64,000 bases of DNA from Nitrospirota bacterium (GCA_963754875.1 CAVWHO010000020.1:384001-448000), one strand, 5' to 3'. Positions 1 to 11,086 are shown, numbered from the stretch's first letter. Notes: generated from the letters alone by a model not told the origin. Numbers and translations are program-made.

Positions 1-96
1 ATCGGAAAGCTGTCAGCGAACCCGGCGGCGGCGAGTGCGGTCCCCGAATTGCGCAATCGGCTCGCCAAGGTGCGTAAGGCGGTCGGAGATGAATAG
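1..96 (+). CDS. 3' end of a gene entering from the left (partial)
   Basis: Open frame from base 1 (IGKLSANPAAASAVPELRNRLAKVRKAVGDE) to TAG at 94-96. Confidence 0.5.
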   Translation: MGKLSANPAAASAVPELRNRLAKVRKAVGDE

Positions 97-135
97 GTCG
101 CGGCGAATAAATATCTGAAGTGGAGAATAAAGAAA

Positions 136-819
136 ATGAAACACATTTCAATAAGTATAGTATTAGTCCTGACAATGGCAGGCCACGTGTTTGCATTTGA
201 CTGGTCAACTTATTTTACAAGTAGCCCAAACGAACAAGAGGTTGTAAGCTTACTTGGAAAACCATCGAAAGCAGGCACACTGTACGGTCAAATTGATTAT
301 GAAACATTTACCAGAATAAATAAACCTGACATTTATATGCTTGAATACGACAGATCTCTTCGCAACCATAATAAAATATTTCAGAGTCCGTTAGGCATAG
401 AAGCTTCATTTATCGAGATCTGGTTTGCTAAACCAGGGAGTTTGCCCAACATGCAGGGAAAGGTTACACGTATATTTTCAATTGATTTTTTCTTTTCAGG
501 AAAAGACAGAGATAAAGCTTTTACGGCTTTCAAATCCGACAAGAAATGTGACAATGAGGATCTTGCTTGTTTTTTTTCGCAAAAATGTTGGCAAGTGACA
601 ATGTATCCATCAAAAGAATACAAAAAATATGCTGATATCTTTGCTAGAAAATATGAAGATGGCTTTGATTATCTGTTCACCTGTTTTAAGGCTGCACCTA
701 CGGGAGCATATTGTCTTGATAACTTAGAAAGACTGTCATTAAAATATCATACTGATACTCTTGATAAGCAAAAAATGAAAAAAGAATGTGAAGAAAATAA
801 AGAGGGATTTAAACATTGA
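136..819 (+). CDS. Hypothetical exported protein, AT-rich
   Basis: 227 aa ORF, GGAG upstream, signal-peptide-like N-terminus (MKHISISIVLVLTMAGHVFA). Confidence 0.75.
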   Translation: MKHISISIVLVLTMAGHVFAFDWSTYFTSSPNEQEVVSLLGKPSKAGTLYGQIDYETFTRINKPDIYMLEYDRSLRNHNKIFQSPLGIEASFIEIWFAKPGSLPNMQGKVTRIFSIDFFFSGKDRDKAFTAFKSDKKCDNEDLACFFSQKCWQVTMYPSKEYKKYADIFARKYEDGFDYLFTCFKAAPTGAYCLDNLERLSLKYHTDTLDKQKMKKECEENKEGFKH

Positions 820-1053
820 AAAAGGCTCATTAGCGCCCCAACGTTTTTTTTATAAATATCGTTTCGACTCGTGTAGCGGTCCGCGAGACTGCCTGCTGGC
901 TCTAGCGGTGGCGCCACTTGCTTTTATTGGAACTTCTGAAGGAGCCCCTCGCAGCATTTAGTAACCCCGTCCAGAACGAAGACTCCAATTCACATCCCTT
1001 AGCCAAATACCACAATATGAAGCCCGCACGCCGCTTGCCTTTGGCCGGCATTT

Positions 1054-1617
1054 TTGTTAGTATCCTTCATGTTTTCCGTATTAATGCTTTTCCTCATCCC
1101 TGTAGGGGGCGGAATCCCGGCAGGCGTATTGCTCGCCCAGACCAAGGGTCTGGCCTGGCCCGTGACCGCCGGGCTCTACATGGTTTCCGATGTGATGCTG
1201 GCCCTCGCATTCGAACCGGTCCTTCAACTTCTCGCATGGTTGGGGCGAGGAGTTCCGTTTCTCGCCCGCTTCAGCGCGAGGATGAAGGCTGCAATGGCCC
1301 GCAGCACGGCCCATTTCAGCGGCACCGGTGCAGGCCCCATTACGCTCGTTTTGATCTCCTTTGGCGCGGACCCGATGACCGGGCGTGCCTCGGCGCTGGC
1401 TGCGGGCCATGGCTTCCTGATGGGCTGGGCCTTCGCGATCGCGGGCGACATGCTGTATTACGCCGTCATTGCAGTCACGACCCTGCGCCTGAACAGGTAT
1501 TTTCGCGATCCCGACACGACGATGTGGATAGTTCTTGGCGCGATGATCATCGTTCCCCTGATCGTCCGCGCTTTCCGGGCGCCCCAGGGGATAAAGGGTC
1601 GCCCGGAGATCCGATGA
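1054..1617 (+). CDS. Hypothetical integral membrane protein
   Basis: 187 aa hydrophobic ORF with several TM-like segments; start uncertain. Confidence 0.7.
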   Translation: MLVSFMFSVLMLFLIPVGGGIPAGVLLAQTKGLAWPVTAGLYMVSDVMLALAFEPVLQLLAWLGRGVPFLARFSARMKAAMARSTAHFSGTGAGPITLVLISFGADPMTGRASALAAGHGFLMGWAFAIAGDMLYYAVIAVTTLRLNRYFRDPDTTMWIVLGAMIIVPLIVRAFRAPQGIKGRPEIR

Positions 1618-1625
1618 GGTCAGCC

Positions 1626-2080
1626 ATGATAAATCAAATCGATCACCTTGCTATCGTCGTTACTGATCTTGAAAGAAGCAGGAAGTTTTTTGAGATCCTC
1701 GGATTCGAGGAGGCGATCCGATCGACACTCGACGCTGCGTTCCTCGAGTTCGTCACCGGTATCAAGGGGGCGGCCGGTTCGTTCGTGGGGATGAAGCATC
1801 AGACGAGCCAACTCGTCATAGAACTTCTGCACTTCAGCAGTCCGAACCCAGTGCCCGACCCGAATTGCGGTTATCCGAATCGTATCGGTTTCCGTCATTT
1901 GGCTTTTTCTGTTAAAGACATTGCACATACGGTTGCACGGCTCAGGGAGTTCGGCGTTGAGTTCTTAAGCCGATTCGGACCTGGGAAAAAACAGGAAAGC
2001 GCCTCGTTTATTTCCATGGTCCCGATGGAATCCTTATGGAACTCGCACAGTATCCGGAAGAAGAAAAATGGAATAGCTGA
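1626..2080 (+). CDS. VOC/glyoxalase family protein (frameshift near 1970)
   Basis: IDHLAIVVTDLERSRKFF and GFRHLAFSVKDI motifs; the C-terminal VOC motif RLVYFHGPDGILMELAQ continues in another frame to TGA at 2078-2080. Confidence 0.8.
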
Positions 2081-2138
2081 AAAAAATAGCGGAAGGCCGG
2101 AGAATACGAAGGGAAGATCATTGAGAGAAGGTAGTCGC

Positions 2139-3543
2139 ATGAAAACATTCGACCTTATCATTATCGGAGGCGGAGCCGGTGCATTCGGGGCCGCCATTCG
2201 TGCAGACGAACTCAAGGCGAATACGGCCATGATCAACTCAGGCCTGCCTCTGGGCGGTACCTGCGTGAACGTCGGCTGTGTACCGTCAAAGACGCTTCTC
2301 TACGCGGGAGAAATCCTGCATCTTGCCCGGAGTCACGGCATCCCCGGCATTGAACTTGCGGTGAAGAACTTCGATTTTAAAAAGGTTGTTCAGTATGATC
2401 TCGCCATCGTCGAAAAGCTTCGCACTAAAAAAATACAGCAAGGTGTTGAAAGACCTCGAACACGTCACCTTTCTTGAAGGACGTACGAAGTTTATTTCTC
2501 CGCATGAAGTCGCGGTAAACGGCGAGACGATCCGCGCTCAAAAGTTCATCATTGCCACTGGTTCAACTGCCACGGTGCCGCCTATCGAAGGCATCCGGGA
2601 CGCGGGATTCCTGACCCATATCGAAGCGCTCGCGCTCGAGAAGCATCCGAAAGAACTTACTATCATCGGCGGCGGACCTCTCGGGCTTGAATTCAGTCAG
2701 ATGTACTCGCGCTTCGGAACAAAGGTCACTCTCCTGAAACGTTCCCCGTCGATCTATCCCATATCCGAAAGCGAGCTGACGGAACGACTCGCGCAGATCC
2801 TTGCTCAGGAAGGGATCACCATCAAAAGAGGCGTTCAGATCAGGAAGGCTTGGGTGGAAGGGCGCAGGAAGAACGTATCATTCACGTTGGACGGGATAGA
2901 GGAGCGGGTATCGGCTGATGAAATACTACTTGCCTCAGGAAAGACGCCGAACACTTCCGGTCTCGGGCTTGAAACCGCGAAAGTCAATCTCGACAAAAGA
3001 CGGGCAATCGTGGTCAATGAATTCCTTCAGACCTCCAGTCCCGAAGTGTTTGCGGCCGGCGATGTGGCCAACCTTCCGTTGCGCCTTGAAAACACGGCAG
3101 GCCATGAAGGAACGCTCGCGGCGGAGAACGCTTTAACCGGCTCGCGAAAAACCATCGACTATGACACCGTTCCTTACACGATATTCACCGATCCTCAGCT
3201 TGCCGGAGTCGGTCTTACGGAAGAAGAGCAGATGAAGAGATTCGGCACATGCATGTGCCATACCGTATCGTTTACGGATGTTCCGAAAGCAATTATTACG
3301 AAGCGCACTGAAGGGCTGATCAAGATGGCAATCCACCCGAAGACAAAGCAGATAACCGGGGTTCATATCCTTGCGCCTCACGCCGGTGAGATTATTGCCC
3401 AGGCGATGATGTTAGTTAAGAACAAGAACACCATCGACGAAGTGGTGGATTCTTTGCCTATATTCCCGACGTTTTCTGAGTCAATTAAACTAGCGGCACT
3501 GTCGTTCACCAAGGATATATCAAAGCTGAGTTGCTGCATTTAA
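2139..3543 (+). CDS. merA: Mercuric reductase lacking the NmerA domain (one extra A in the A7 run at 2427-2433)
   Basis: GGGAGA FAD motif, GGTCVNVGCVPSK redox centre, TIFTDPQLAGVG, C-terminal vicinal cysteines (LSCCI). Confidence 0.85.
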
Positions 3544-3568
3544 GACAAGTCTGAAAGGAGAGATAAAA

Positions 3569-3886
3569 ATGAAAACAACATCGTGGATACCTTCTCTTGC
3601 AGGTTTTTTCTCTTTTGCCGCTGTTGCCGAGGCTCAGGCACAGACCCAAGGCTACGGCCCATGGCCGGGAATGATGGGCTGGGGGTGCGGCATGGGGTGG
3701 CCTTGGCCCATGATGTTTATATTCTGGATTGTTGTTATCGCCGGGATCGTTTATTTTGTGCGGTCGGCGCATAAGGGTCGCGGTGGCGCTCCGGAAGAAT
3801 CGGCCCTCGAGATCCTTAAAAAACGATATGCCAAGGGCGAGATCAGCAAGGATGAATACGAGAAAATAAAAAAGGATATTTCATAA
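3569..3886 (+). CDS. SHOCT-domain membrane protein with Gly/Met-rich segment
   Basis: Signal peptide, GMMGWG segment, TM helix, ALEILKKRYAKGEISKDEYEKIK SHOCT motif. Confidence 0.85.
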   Translation: MKTTSWIPSLAGFFSFAAVAEAQAQTQGYGPWPGMMGWGCGMGWPWPMMFIFWIVVIAGIVYFVRSAHKGRGGAPEESALEILKKRYAKGEISKDEYEKIKKDIS

Positions 3887-3910
3887 CCTGTACGTGCAAG
3901 GGGGAAGAGC

Positions 3911-4897
3911 TTGAAAATCGACTGCTATATATCACAAGGATGCGGTTCCGAGGAAGCGTTAAAAGAGAACATCGCCCGTGCTTTGGAAAATGAAAAGATT
4001 CAGGCGGAAGTAGGTATGCACCGGATTAGCGATGAAAAAGCGGCAGAATTGAAACTCAGCGGATCACCGTCCGTATTCATAAACGGCAAGGAACTGCAGC
4101 CATCGGGCACCATCGGGTTTTCCTGAAGGATGTTCAAGGACGAGTCCGGCAGACTCGGGAATGTGCCGTCAGTGGATACGCTGCGCAAGGCTATGAAGGA
4201 GCCGAATTGCGGGGCAGGGTGCACGCCTGCTATCGGCAAGACTAATATGAAGAGCCTCATGGATCAGATCGGGGCAACGGTACGAGGGAGACTGGCTGAA
4301 GCCAATCTGAGTCAATCTGAAAACGAGACGCGAAAGTTTATTCTGAAAGAGTTCGCCAGAACAGGCAATCCACCTGACGAGAAAACAATAGTCGAGGCAA
4401 TGAAACTGCCGTCCATCGAGTCGGTTCGCAGGTTCATCGAAAGACTGCACAAGGCGGACATCCTGACGATGGAAGGCGGGGAGATCATATCCGCCTACCC
4501 CTTTTCCGCAAAACAGACCCGTCACAAAGTGGTGTTCCCTGACGGTCACGAGATATACTCGCTTTGCGCGACAGACGCTCTGGGCATTCATTTCATGCTC
4601 AGAGAGAACATCGTTGTCCGGTCACGCTGCCCGGAGTGCGACGGAGAAATAAAGATCGAAGTGAAGGACGGTAAGATCGTCTCTTCCGTTCCGGATGGAG
4701 TGGTTGAATTTGTCAGCAGCGGGGACCACTGTGGATGCACCGCAAAGACCTTTTGCCCGTTCATGAACTTCTTCTGCTCGAAGGACCATCTTGAGAAGTG
4801 GCGGGAAAAGAACCCCGCCTCCGCTAACGGCGAAATGTACCAGCTTCAGCAGGTCCTGGAGCATGGGAAAAACATCTTCGGAGATTTTCTGAAATAA
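3911..4897 (+). CDS. merB: Probable selenoprotein: thioredoxin-like domain (GFS-U-RMF) fused to organomercurial lyase MerB
   Basis: ORFs 3911-4126 and 4130-4897 share a frame and are separated only by TGA-AGG; SECIS-like hairpin at 4141-4157; MerB motifs AYPFS, LCATDA, SRCP, FCPFMNFF. Confidence 0.8.
4131..4163 (+). promoter_or_regulatory. Bacterial SECIS-like stem-loop
   Basis: CGAGTC-CGGCA-GACTCG perfect 6 bp stem starting 14 nt after the TGA, with G in the apical loop; weak lower stem TGTTC/GAATG. Confidence 0.7.
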
Positions 4898-4922
4898 ACA
4901 GACTGCAATACCTGGAGGGCAA

Positions 4923-5282
4923 GTGGTGAGCAGAATAACAAAATCGGCTATTTTCATTGTGTTTTGCGCTCTGACGGTGATCTCGCTCTGTAAATCTGCG
5001 TCAGCATGCCAGGTGGACGAGTTTTACATGACGAAGGAAGGAGCTTTAGCCGCTTCTACTTCTGAGACATTAAATCTGGCGATCAAGCTCGAAGAATAAG
5101 GTAACAAAGAAAAGCTTGCAGACCTCATAAAGAGCGGGACTGTTCTGCGGCTGACAGACAACGCCAAGGTTCAGGTTCTGGAAAGATCCGTTGAATTCAA
5201 AACGCTCAAAATAAAGTTCCCGGATGGAAGTGATCCATATTGGGTAAAGGACGGCTCGTTGAAACAAATCAACTGTAATTAA
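4923..5282 (+). pseudogene. Small exported protein with an internal TAA stop
   Basis: GGAGG-preceded GTG, signal peptide, in-frame TAA at 5097-5099, frame continues (GNKEKLADLIKSGTV...YWVKDGSLKQINCN) to 5282. Confidence 0.6.
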
Positions 5283-5512
5283 CTGACAATCTTGCTGCTT
5301 AGAGAGCGAGGACTATCCGAACCGAAATCGGGGGCCTTGTCTTTGTAAATCAGGGGGATCATGGCGGTTCCGAAATAAAGATGTAGTATTTTTCTGACGA
5401 TTTAGACCGAATTCGATATCAAAGTCGCCGGCAAGTGTATGGACCGCGTGCAGCACGATCATGAGGAAAGCAATGATCGTCCGGTTGAAACGTTTTTATC
5501 ATCCATTCCTCA

Positions 5513-5983
5513 TTATTTCTCTTTCCACATTCTTGCGTCAAAGACAAAGGGCATTGGGTCGCTAATGCGGATTTTCTTGAAATCGCGGTGAGCGGGATTG
5601 AGCAGATAGTTCCAACTTTTGGGAACCAGCACGGAGGGGACCCGGAAAACCGCTGTGTCCGCCTTCTTTGCCCAGGTAGAACCGATCTCTTTGGTTGAAT
5701 CCCTCGGCGGTTCGGCGGTCCAGTCATCGGGGAGATCGGCGCTCTTCAGCTTTTCAATAGGGACGCTGTCCGGAATCTCGATTTTATAGTACACGAACTT
5801 GATGTGAGAAGCGTCGAACCCCAGGTGAACGAACTTCTCCAGAACGGACAGGGCGATGGACTCGCTTACGTAAATGACGGGTATACCCTGGTGATGCCAT
5901 CGGCCGCTTACGCGGCGCGCTCCTTCGCCGGTAAACGCTTCCTTGGCACGCTTCGCTTTATCCAGGCGCCAGGCAGTGATCAC
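5513..5983 (-). CDS. RES-domain NAD+ phosphorylase toxin
   Basis: FTGEGARRVSGRWH, YVSESIALSVLE, VPSVLVP, NYLLNPAH motifs. Confidence 0.9.
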   Translation of the reverse strand: MITAWRLDKAKRAKEAFTGEGARRVSGRWHHQGIPVIYVSESIALSVLEKFVHLGFDASHIKFVYYKIEIPDSVPIEKLKSADLPDDWTAEPPRDSTKEIGSTWAKKADTAVFRVPSVLVPKSWNYLLNPAHRDFKKIRISDPMPFVFDARMWKEK

Positions 5984-6420
5984 GAGATAACCCCGTATTC
6001 AATGCGCCAGAGAAGGTCTTCAACCTCCTTTGCACCGGCTTCGGTATGCAGCAGATCAAGGGGTGTTTTACCGCCTAATCCCACCTGTTGACGACGAAGC
6101 CACTCCTTGGCTTTTTCCTCGTTCTCCAAGACCTCACAGGCGATCGAAAAGATCCTTGCCAGCCGGTAAAGCCGGTCGCTGGCGATGGCCGACAGGCGCT
6201 GACTCGGCGAGTTGCGGACTCGGGCCAGGGTTCGTTCGCTTACCTCGATTATGCCGGCAAAAATGGGAAGGGGAAGGTCCAGCAGGCCCCGGACGTGGTT
6301 GCCCGCTTTATAAGGGAACCCCTCGCGGATGAGCTTGTCCAAGTCCAGGGTGCTTTTAATTTTGCGTCCAAGAGATGTCTGTCCGCCAAGGACTGATACT
6401 ATATTCTGTTCGGTAAACAT
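5980..6420 (-). CDS. Xre/MbcA/ParS-type antitoxin
   Basis: HTH plus C-terminal WL..P/Q..GLGGKTPLDLL.TEAGA.EVE.LL.RIEYGV; 4 bp overlap with the toxin gene. Confidence 0.9.
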   Translation of the reverse strand: MFTEQNIVSVLGGQTSLGRKIKSTLDLDKLIREGFPYKAGNHVRGLLDLPLPIFAGIIEVSERTLARVRNSPSQRLSAIASDRLYRLARIFSIACEVLENEEKAKEWLRRQQVGLGGKTPLDLLHTEAGAKEVEDLLWRIEYGVIS

Positions 6421-6755
6421 GGAAGTAACCTCCTGTCATATGGCATTATAGTATCAGACAAATGGCATGCTGTCAATGGCGATGTAGTTCGAGAATATCA
6501 TGTTTCCGATGAATTAAAGGGAACCGAACGCTCAGGCAGGCCACAAGAGTTCCCCAAAAGTGATCAGACGATTTAAGCGAAATTGTGAAGTGCAGAAAAA
6601 ATACGCTTTTGCATCTCTTGAATATTCCAAAGAAAATTCGAAGGGATTTTATCGCGGGATACTGACCTTTATGCACGAGCGAAATGAACTGCTACAGTAA
6701 CTGACATGACATAGAAAAAGGATTGGCTTTTGTAAGCCAACCCTTTGAAAACTTC

Positions 6756-6771
6756 GTAGAGCTGAGGGGGA
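6756..6771 (-). repeat. tRNA-Ala 3'-end fragment (att-like direct repeat of 62933-62948)
   Basis: GTAGAGCTGAGGGGGA versus GTGGAGCTGAGGGGGA, 15/16 identical. Confidence 0.6.
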
Positions 6772-6883
6772 GTCTCTCGTGCTTCGCTTCACGAAAGGGC
6801 TCGCCCTCTCGTGTGCTCTCCGAAAGCATGAGGGAAATCCTTTCCCTCAAACTCCCTTTGGTTCGATCCTCCTCATCAAAATA

Positions 6884-6917
6884 AAAAAAGCCGGTCAATA
6901 ATGACCAGCTTTGTTTT
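6884..6917. terminator. Probable intrinsic terminator downstream of the ABC operon
   Basis: AAAGCCGGTCA-ATAA-TGACCAGCTTT hairpin flanked by A and T runs. Confidence 0.55.
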
Positions 6918-7039
6918 ATTTATAACTGTGGAATCTCAATAGTATGAAACTATTATCGAATATAGGTAGTACTTTGCACAAAAAACGCAAGTTCACAGAC
7001 CGCGTAGGAGGTCGGCAGCGCATCGCTTTAACAGCTTTT

Positions 7040-8161
7040 TTATGCCATCGTTCCAATAGCCTTTCGAAAGCGCACCAGGGAGACAGAGAAAAAAACCGTC
7101 CCAATTAGCAAGAGAGCAACGAAATGCTGCCACACCACCGACAGCCCCGCGCCGCGATACAGGATGGCCTGGGCAAGGGCCACGAAATGGGTGGTTGGCA
7201 TCGTCAGCATGAGGTACTGAACAACCTCCGGCATACTTTCCCGCGGTGTCATGCTGCCCGACAGGATCTGAAGCGGCATCATCACCAGCATGAGCAGGAG
7301 GGCGAACTGCGGCATCGTGCGCGTGTTCGTGGCCAGGAATATGCCCATCGACGTGGTGGCGAACAGGTGAAGCGCGGCACCGGTCAGGAACAGGGCGACC
7401 GAGCCCTCGATCGGCACCTTGAGTAGCCCCTGGACCACGAAGGTAAGCGACAAGCTGGCGGCGACGAGCACCACGAGCGCCATTGCCAAGACCTTGCTGC
7501 TCATGATCTCGAAGGGCGTCACCGGCATCACCAGCAGATGCTCCACCGTGCCGTGCTCCCGTTCGCGGATCAGCGCGGCGCCGGTGAGGACGAGGGACAG
7601 CATGGTGATGCTGTTGATGACTTCCATCACGGCCCCGAACCAGGACTTGTTCAGCTCGGGGTTGAACCGCGCCCTGAGCGCCAGATCGACCACAGGCGTA
7701 TCCAATGCCCGATATCGTTGGACGAAAGCATTCACCTCCCCGGTCACAATGGACTGGATATAGCCGCTGCCGGTGAATGCCTGGTTCATCCGGGTGGCAT
7801 CGACATTGAGCTGCAGCGCGGGGCTGCGCCCGGCGAGCACGTCGCGCTGAAAGCCGGAGGGAATATCGAGGGCGAAGGTGTCCAGACCGTTGTCCATCCG
7901 GGTGTCCATCTCCTTCGCGGAGATGAACTCCGGCGGAAGAAAGTAGGGCGGGTAAAAGGCGTCGGCGATGCGCACGGACAGCGGCGACCGGTCCTCGTCC
8001 ACGATGGCGATGGGCGCCTTGTGCAGCGTTTCCGGCTGCGCTGTCGCCGATGTATAGACGGAGAAGGTGAAGGAGAAGATGATCAGCACGACCAGTATCG
8101 GATCGCGCACGAGACTGCGCAATTCTTTGACGCCGAGATGGAGGACGTTGGCTATGCGCAT
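7040..8161 (-). CDS. yhhJ: ABC-2 permease, YhhJ-like
   Basis: [37 protein letters not shown]; third gene of a yhiI-rbbA-yhhJ operon. Confidence 0.9.
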   Translation of the reverse strand: MRIANVLHLGVKELRSLVRDPILVVLIIFSFTFSVYTSATAQPETLHKAPIAIVDEDRSPLSVRIADAFYPPYFLPPEFISAKEMDTRMDNGLDTFALDIPSGFQRDVLAGRSPALQLNVDATRMNQAFTGSGYIQSIVTGEVNAFVQRYRALDTPVVDLALRARFNPELNKSWFGAVMEVINSITMLSLVLTGAALIREREHGTVEHLLVMPVTPFEIMSSKVLAMALVVLVAASLSLTFVVQGLLKVPIEGSVALFLTGAALHLFATTSMGIFLATNTRTMPQFALLLMLVMMPLQILSGSMTPRESMPEVVQYLMLTMPTTHFVALAQAILYRGAGLSVVWQHFVALLLIGTVFFSVSLVRFRKAIGTMA

Positions 8162-8162
8162 G

Positions 8163-10953
8163 TCAGTGCTCCTGTTTTTTGAGTAAGGCCGCAGCTATGC
8201 CGATGAACAGGGGCGCGGCGATCAGCGAGGGGCACGAACGAGCCCCGGAGATTGGCGAAGACGAGCCCCTTGGAGAAGGTGCCGCGCGCGATGGTCAGGA
8301 AATGGGTGGTCGGGTAGATCCGCCCGATCACTGCGCCGGCGCCCTCCAGCGACGAAACCGGGTCCATCATCCCGGAGAACTGGACAGCCGGCAGGATGGT
8401 CAGCACGGCAGTGCCGAACAGTGCGGCGACCTGGCTTCGCATGAAGGTCGAGATCACCAGCCCCATGGCGGTCGCCGTGATCACGTACAGGAATGCCGCG
8501 ATTGCCAGCGTCGGAAAGCTGCCCTTGAGCGGCACGCGGAACAGAAAGACTGCCATCGCGGTGAGCAGCAGAAAATTGGTCAAGGCAAGGGCGACGTAGG
8601 GGATCTGTTTGCCGATCAGGAATTCCAGGCGGGTGACCGGCGTGACGTAGAGATTGACGATGGAGCCGAGTTCCTTTTCCCGCACCACGGACAGGGCCGT
8701 GAGCATGGCGGGAATCATGAGCAGCAGCAGCGGGATCACCGCAGGCACCATAGCGGGCAGGCTTTTCACGTCAGGGTTATAGCGGAAGCGCGTCTCGATG
8801 TCGAACAATCCCGCGGTGGCGGCTGTGCCGTAGGCTTCTCGCGCCTTGGTGGTCAGCCAATGGTAGTGCATGCCCTGCACGTAGCCGCGCACGGTTTCGG
8901 CGCGCATGGGCATGGCGCCGTCGATCCAGGCGCCGATCTGAACCGCCGTGCCCCGCGAAATGTCTCGGCCGAAACCCGGCGGGATTTCGATTGCAAGACT
9001 GATGGCGCCCCGGCGCATGCGCTCGTCCAGATCGGCATAGTCGCGGAGCGGCGTGCGCTCGGTGAAGTAGCGTGAACCGGCAAGATTGAGCGTGTATTCG
9101 CGGCTCAGCGTCGTCTGATCGCGGTCGAGCACTGCAAAGGGGAGGTTCTCAATATCTGTATTGATGCCGTAGCCGAGCACCAGCATCAGGATGATGCTGC
9201 CGAGCCCGGCAAGGGTCAGGCGGATCGGGTCGCGCCACAGCTCAAGCGACTCGCGCCGGGTATAACTGAGCAGGCGGCGCAGGTTGAGGAACCCGCGGCC
9301 GGAGGCAAGCGCTCCAGCCTGTTCGGGATTGTGCGGTATCGAAGAAACCTCCCTGGCAGCGGCAATCGGCTCCGGCATTGCCTCTGTGGTCGCCTCTTCG
9401 AGAAAGGCGATGAAGGCCTCCTCGAGCGTGTGCTTCCCGCGCTGCTCGATAATGGCTCCCGGCGTGTCGCTCGCCAGCACCTTGCCGTCATGCATGAGCG
9501 AGATCCGGTCGCAGCGCTCTGCCTCGTTCATGAAGTGGGTGGAGATGAAGATGGTGACATGGTCCTTGCGCGCCAGGTCGATAATGACGTTCCAGAAACG
9601 GTCGCGTGCCACCGGGTCCACGCCCGACGTCGGCTCGTCCAGGATCAGCATCTCCGGCCCGTGGATCATGGCAACGGCGAGCGAGAGGCGCTGGCGCTCC
9701 CCCAGGGGCAACGAGTCGGGCAGGGCATCCATTATCTCGGTGAGACCGAAACGCCGGGCCATCTCCTGCACCCTCGCAATGATTCGTTCCGGCGCGATGC
9801 CGAAGAGCCGCGCATGGAGAACGAGATTCTGGCGCACGGTCAGCTCCCCGTAGAGCGAGAAGGACTGGGTCATGTACCCCACGCGGCGGCGTGTGTCGAT
9901 ATCGTGCGGGTCTACTGGATGGCCGAAGAGCCACGCCTCCCCTCCGGTCGCGGGCAGAAGACCGGTGAGCATCTTCATGGTGGTGGTCTTTCCGCAGCCG
10001 TTGGGGCCGAGGAACCCGAAGATCTCGCCCCGGCGGATGCGGAAGCTCACGTGATCGACCGCCGTAAAGTCTCCGAAGCGCATCGTGAGATCATGTGCCT
10101 CAATCGCCGCATCCCCTTCCGAGCCCGCCTCATGGGGCGGGATCACTACGGGACGATACCCTTCCCGCTGCGAGGCGGGCAGGAGCGCGATGAAGGCCTC
10201 CTCCAATGTGCGGGTTTTGCTCCGTTCCAGGATCTCAGCCGGCGTGCCAGCCGCCAGCACCTTGCCGTTATTCATCGCCACAAGCCAGTCGAACCGGGCA
10301 GCTTCTTCCATGTACGCGGTCGCGACCAGCACGCTCATGCCGGGCCTGCCGGATCGGATGCGGTCGATGAGCTCCCAGAACAGCCTCCGCGACAGGGGGT
10401 CCACGCCGGTGGTGGGTTCGTCGAGGATCAAGAGGTCCGGGTCGTGGATCAGCGCGCAGCACAGACCGAGCTTCTGTTTCATGCCACCGGAAAGTTTTTC
10501 CACAGGGCGGTCCGCGAAAGGTGCAAGGCCGGTGGCGTGGAGCAGGTCGCTGATGCGCCTTTCGCGCTCCTGTTGGTTATGACCGAAGAGGCGGCCGAAG
10601 AAGTCCACGTTTTCGAACACGGAGAGTGTGGGATAGAGGTTCTTCCCGAGTCCCTGGGGCATATATGCAATCCGCGGACAGATCTCGTTCCGATGGCGCA
10701 CACTGGCCATGTCCCCGCCGAGCACAGTGATCCGTCCGGACTGGATTGCCCGAGCGCCCGCGATGAGCGAGAAGAGGCTTGATTTCCCCACGCCGTCAGG
10801 GCCGATAAAACCAACCATGCGGCCAGAGGGGATCTCAAGATTAATCTCATGAAGGGCGATCACTTTTTTGAAACGTAGACCGACGCCCTGCAGTCTGGCA
10901 ACTGGCTGGGACGTTGGCGAAAGGGAGGATGGTGTGGAAGGAGGCTCGTTCAT
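8163..10953 (-). CDS. rbbA: Ribosome-associated ATPase / ABC transporter RbbA (frameshift near 8228, close to the C-terminus)
   Basis: Two ABC domains ([18 protein letters not shown]) plus permease domain; the natural C-terminus [20 protein letters not shown] is in another frame. Confidence 0.9.
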
Positions 10954-10993
10954 CTTTTTTATGCTCTTGAGTAAACGAACAAACCTAAGACCA

Positions 10994-11086
10994 ATTTTCA
11001 CACGAAGGCACAAAGGCACAGAGAAACTGATAAAATACGGATCGAGCCTTTCTACTTCGTGCCTTCGTGGCTTCGTGTGAGATCGT
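10994..11086. repeat. Palindromic REP-like element, copy 1
   Basis: ATTTTCACACGAAGGCACAAAGGCAC...GTGCCTTCGTGGCTTCGTGTGAGATCGT, similar to 59934-60019. Confidence 0.75.

Noticed and set aside
918..2477. 519 aa ORF looking like a VOC-MerA fusion
   Set aside because: Artefact of two frameshifts; its N-terminal part is the off-frame reading of the 1054-1617 gene, and VOC and merA each have their own start
5097..5099. Stop-codon recoding in the 4923-5282 gene
   Set aside because: The stop is TAA, not TGA or TAG, and no recoding hairpin is evident; treated as nonsense mutation or error
7124..10782. Long plus-strand ORFs (e.g. 8179-9075, 9331-10782)
   Set aside because: Antisense shadows of GC-rich ABC genes with no recognisable motifs
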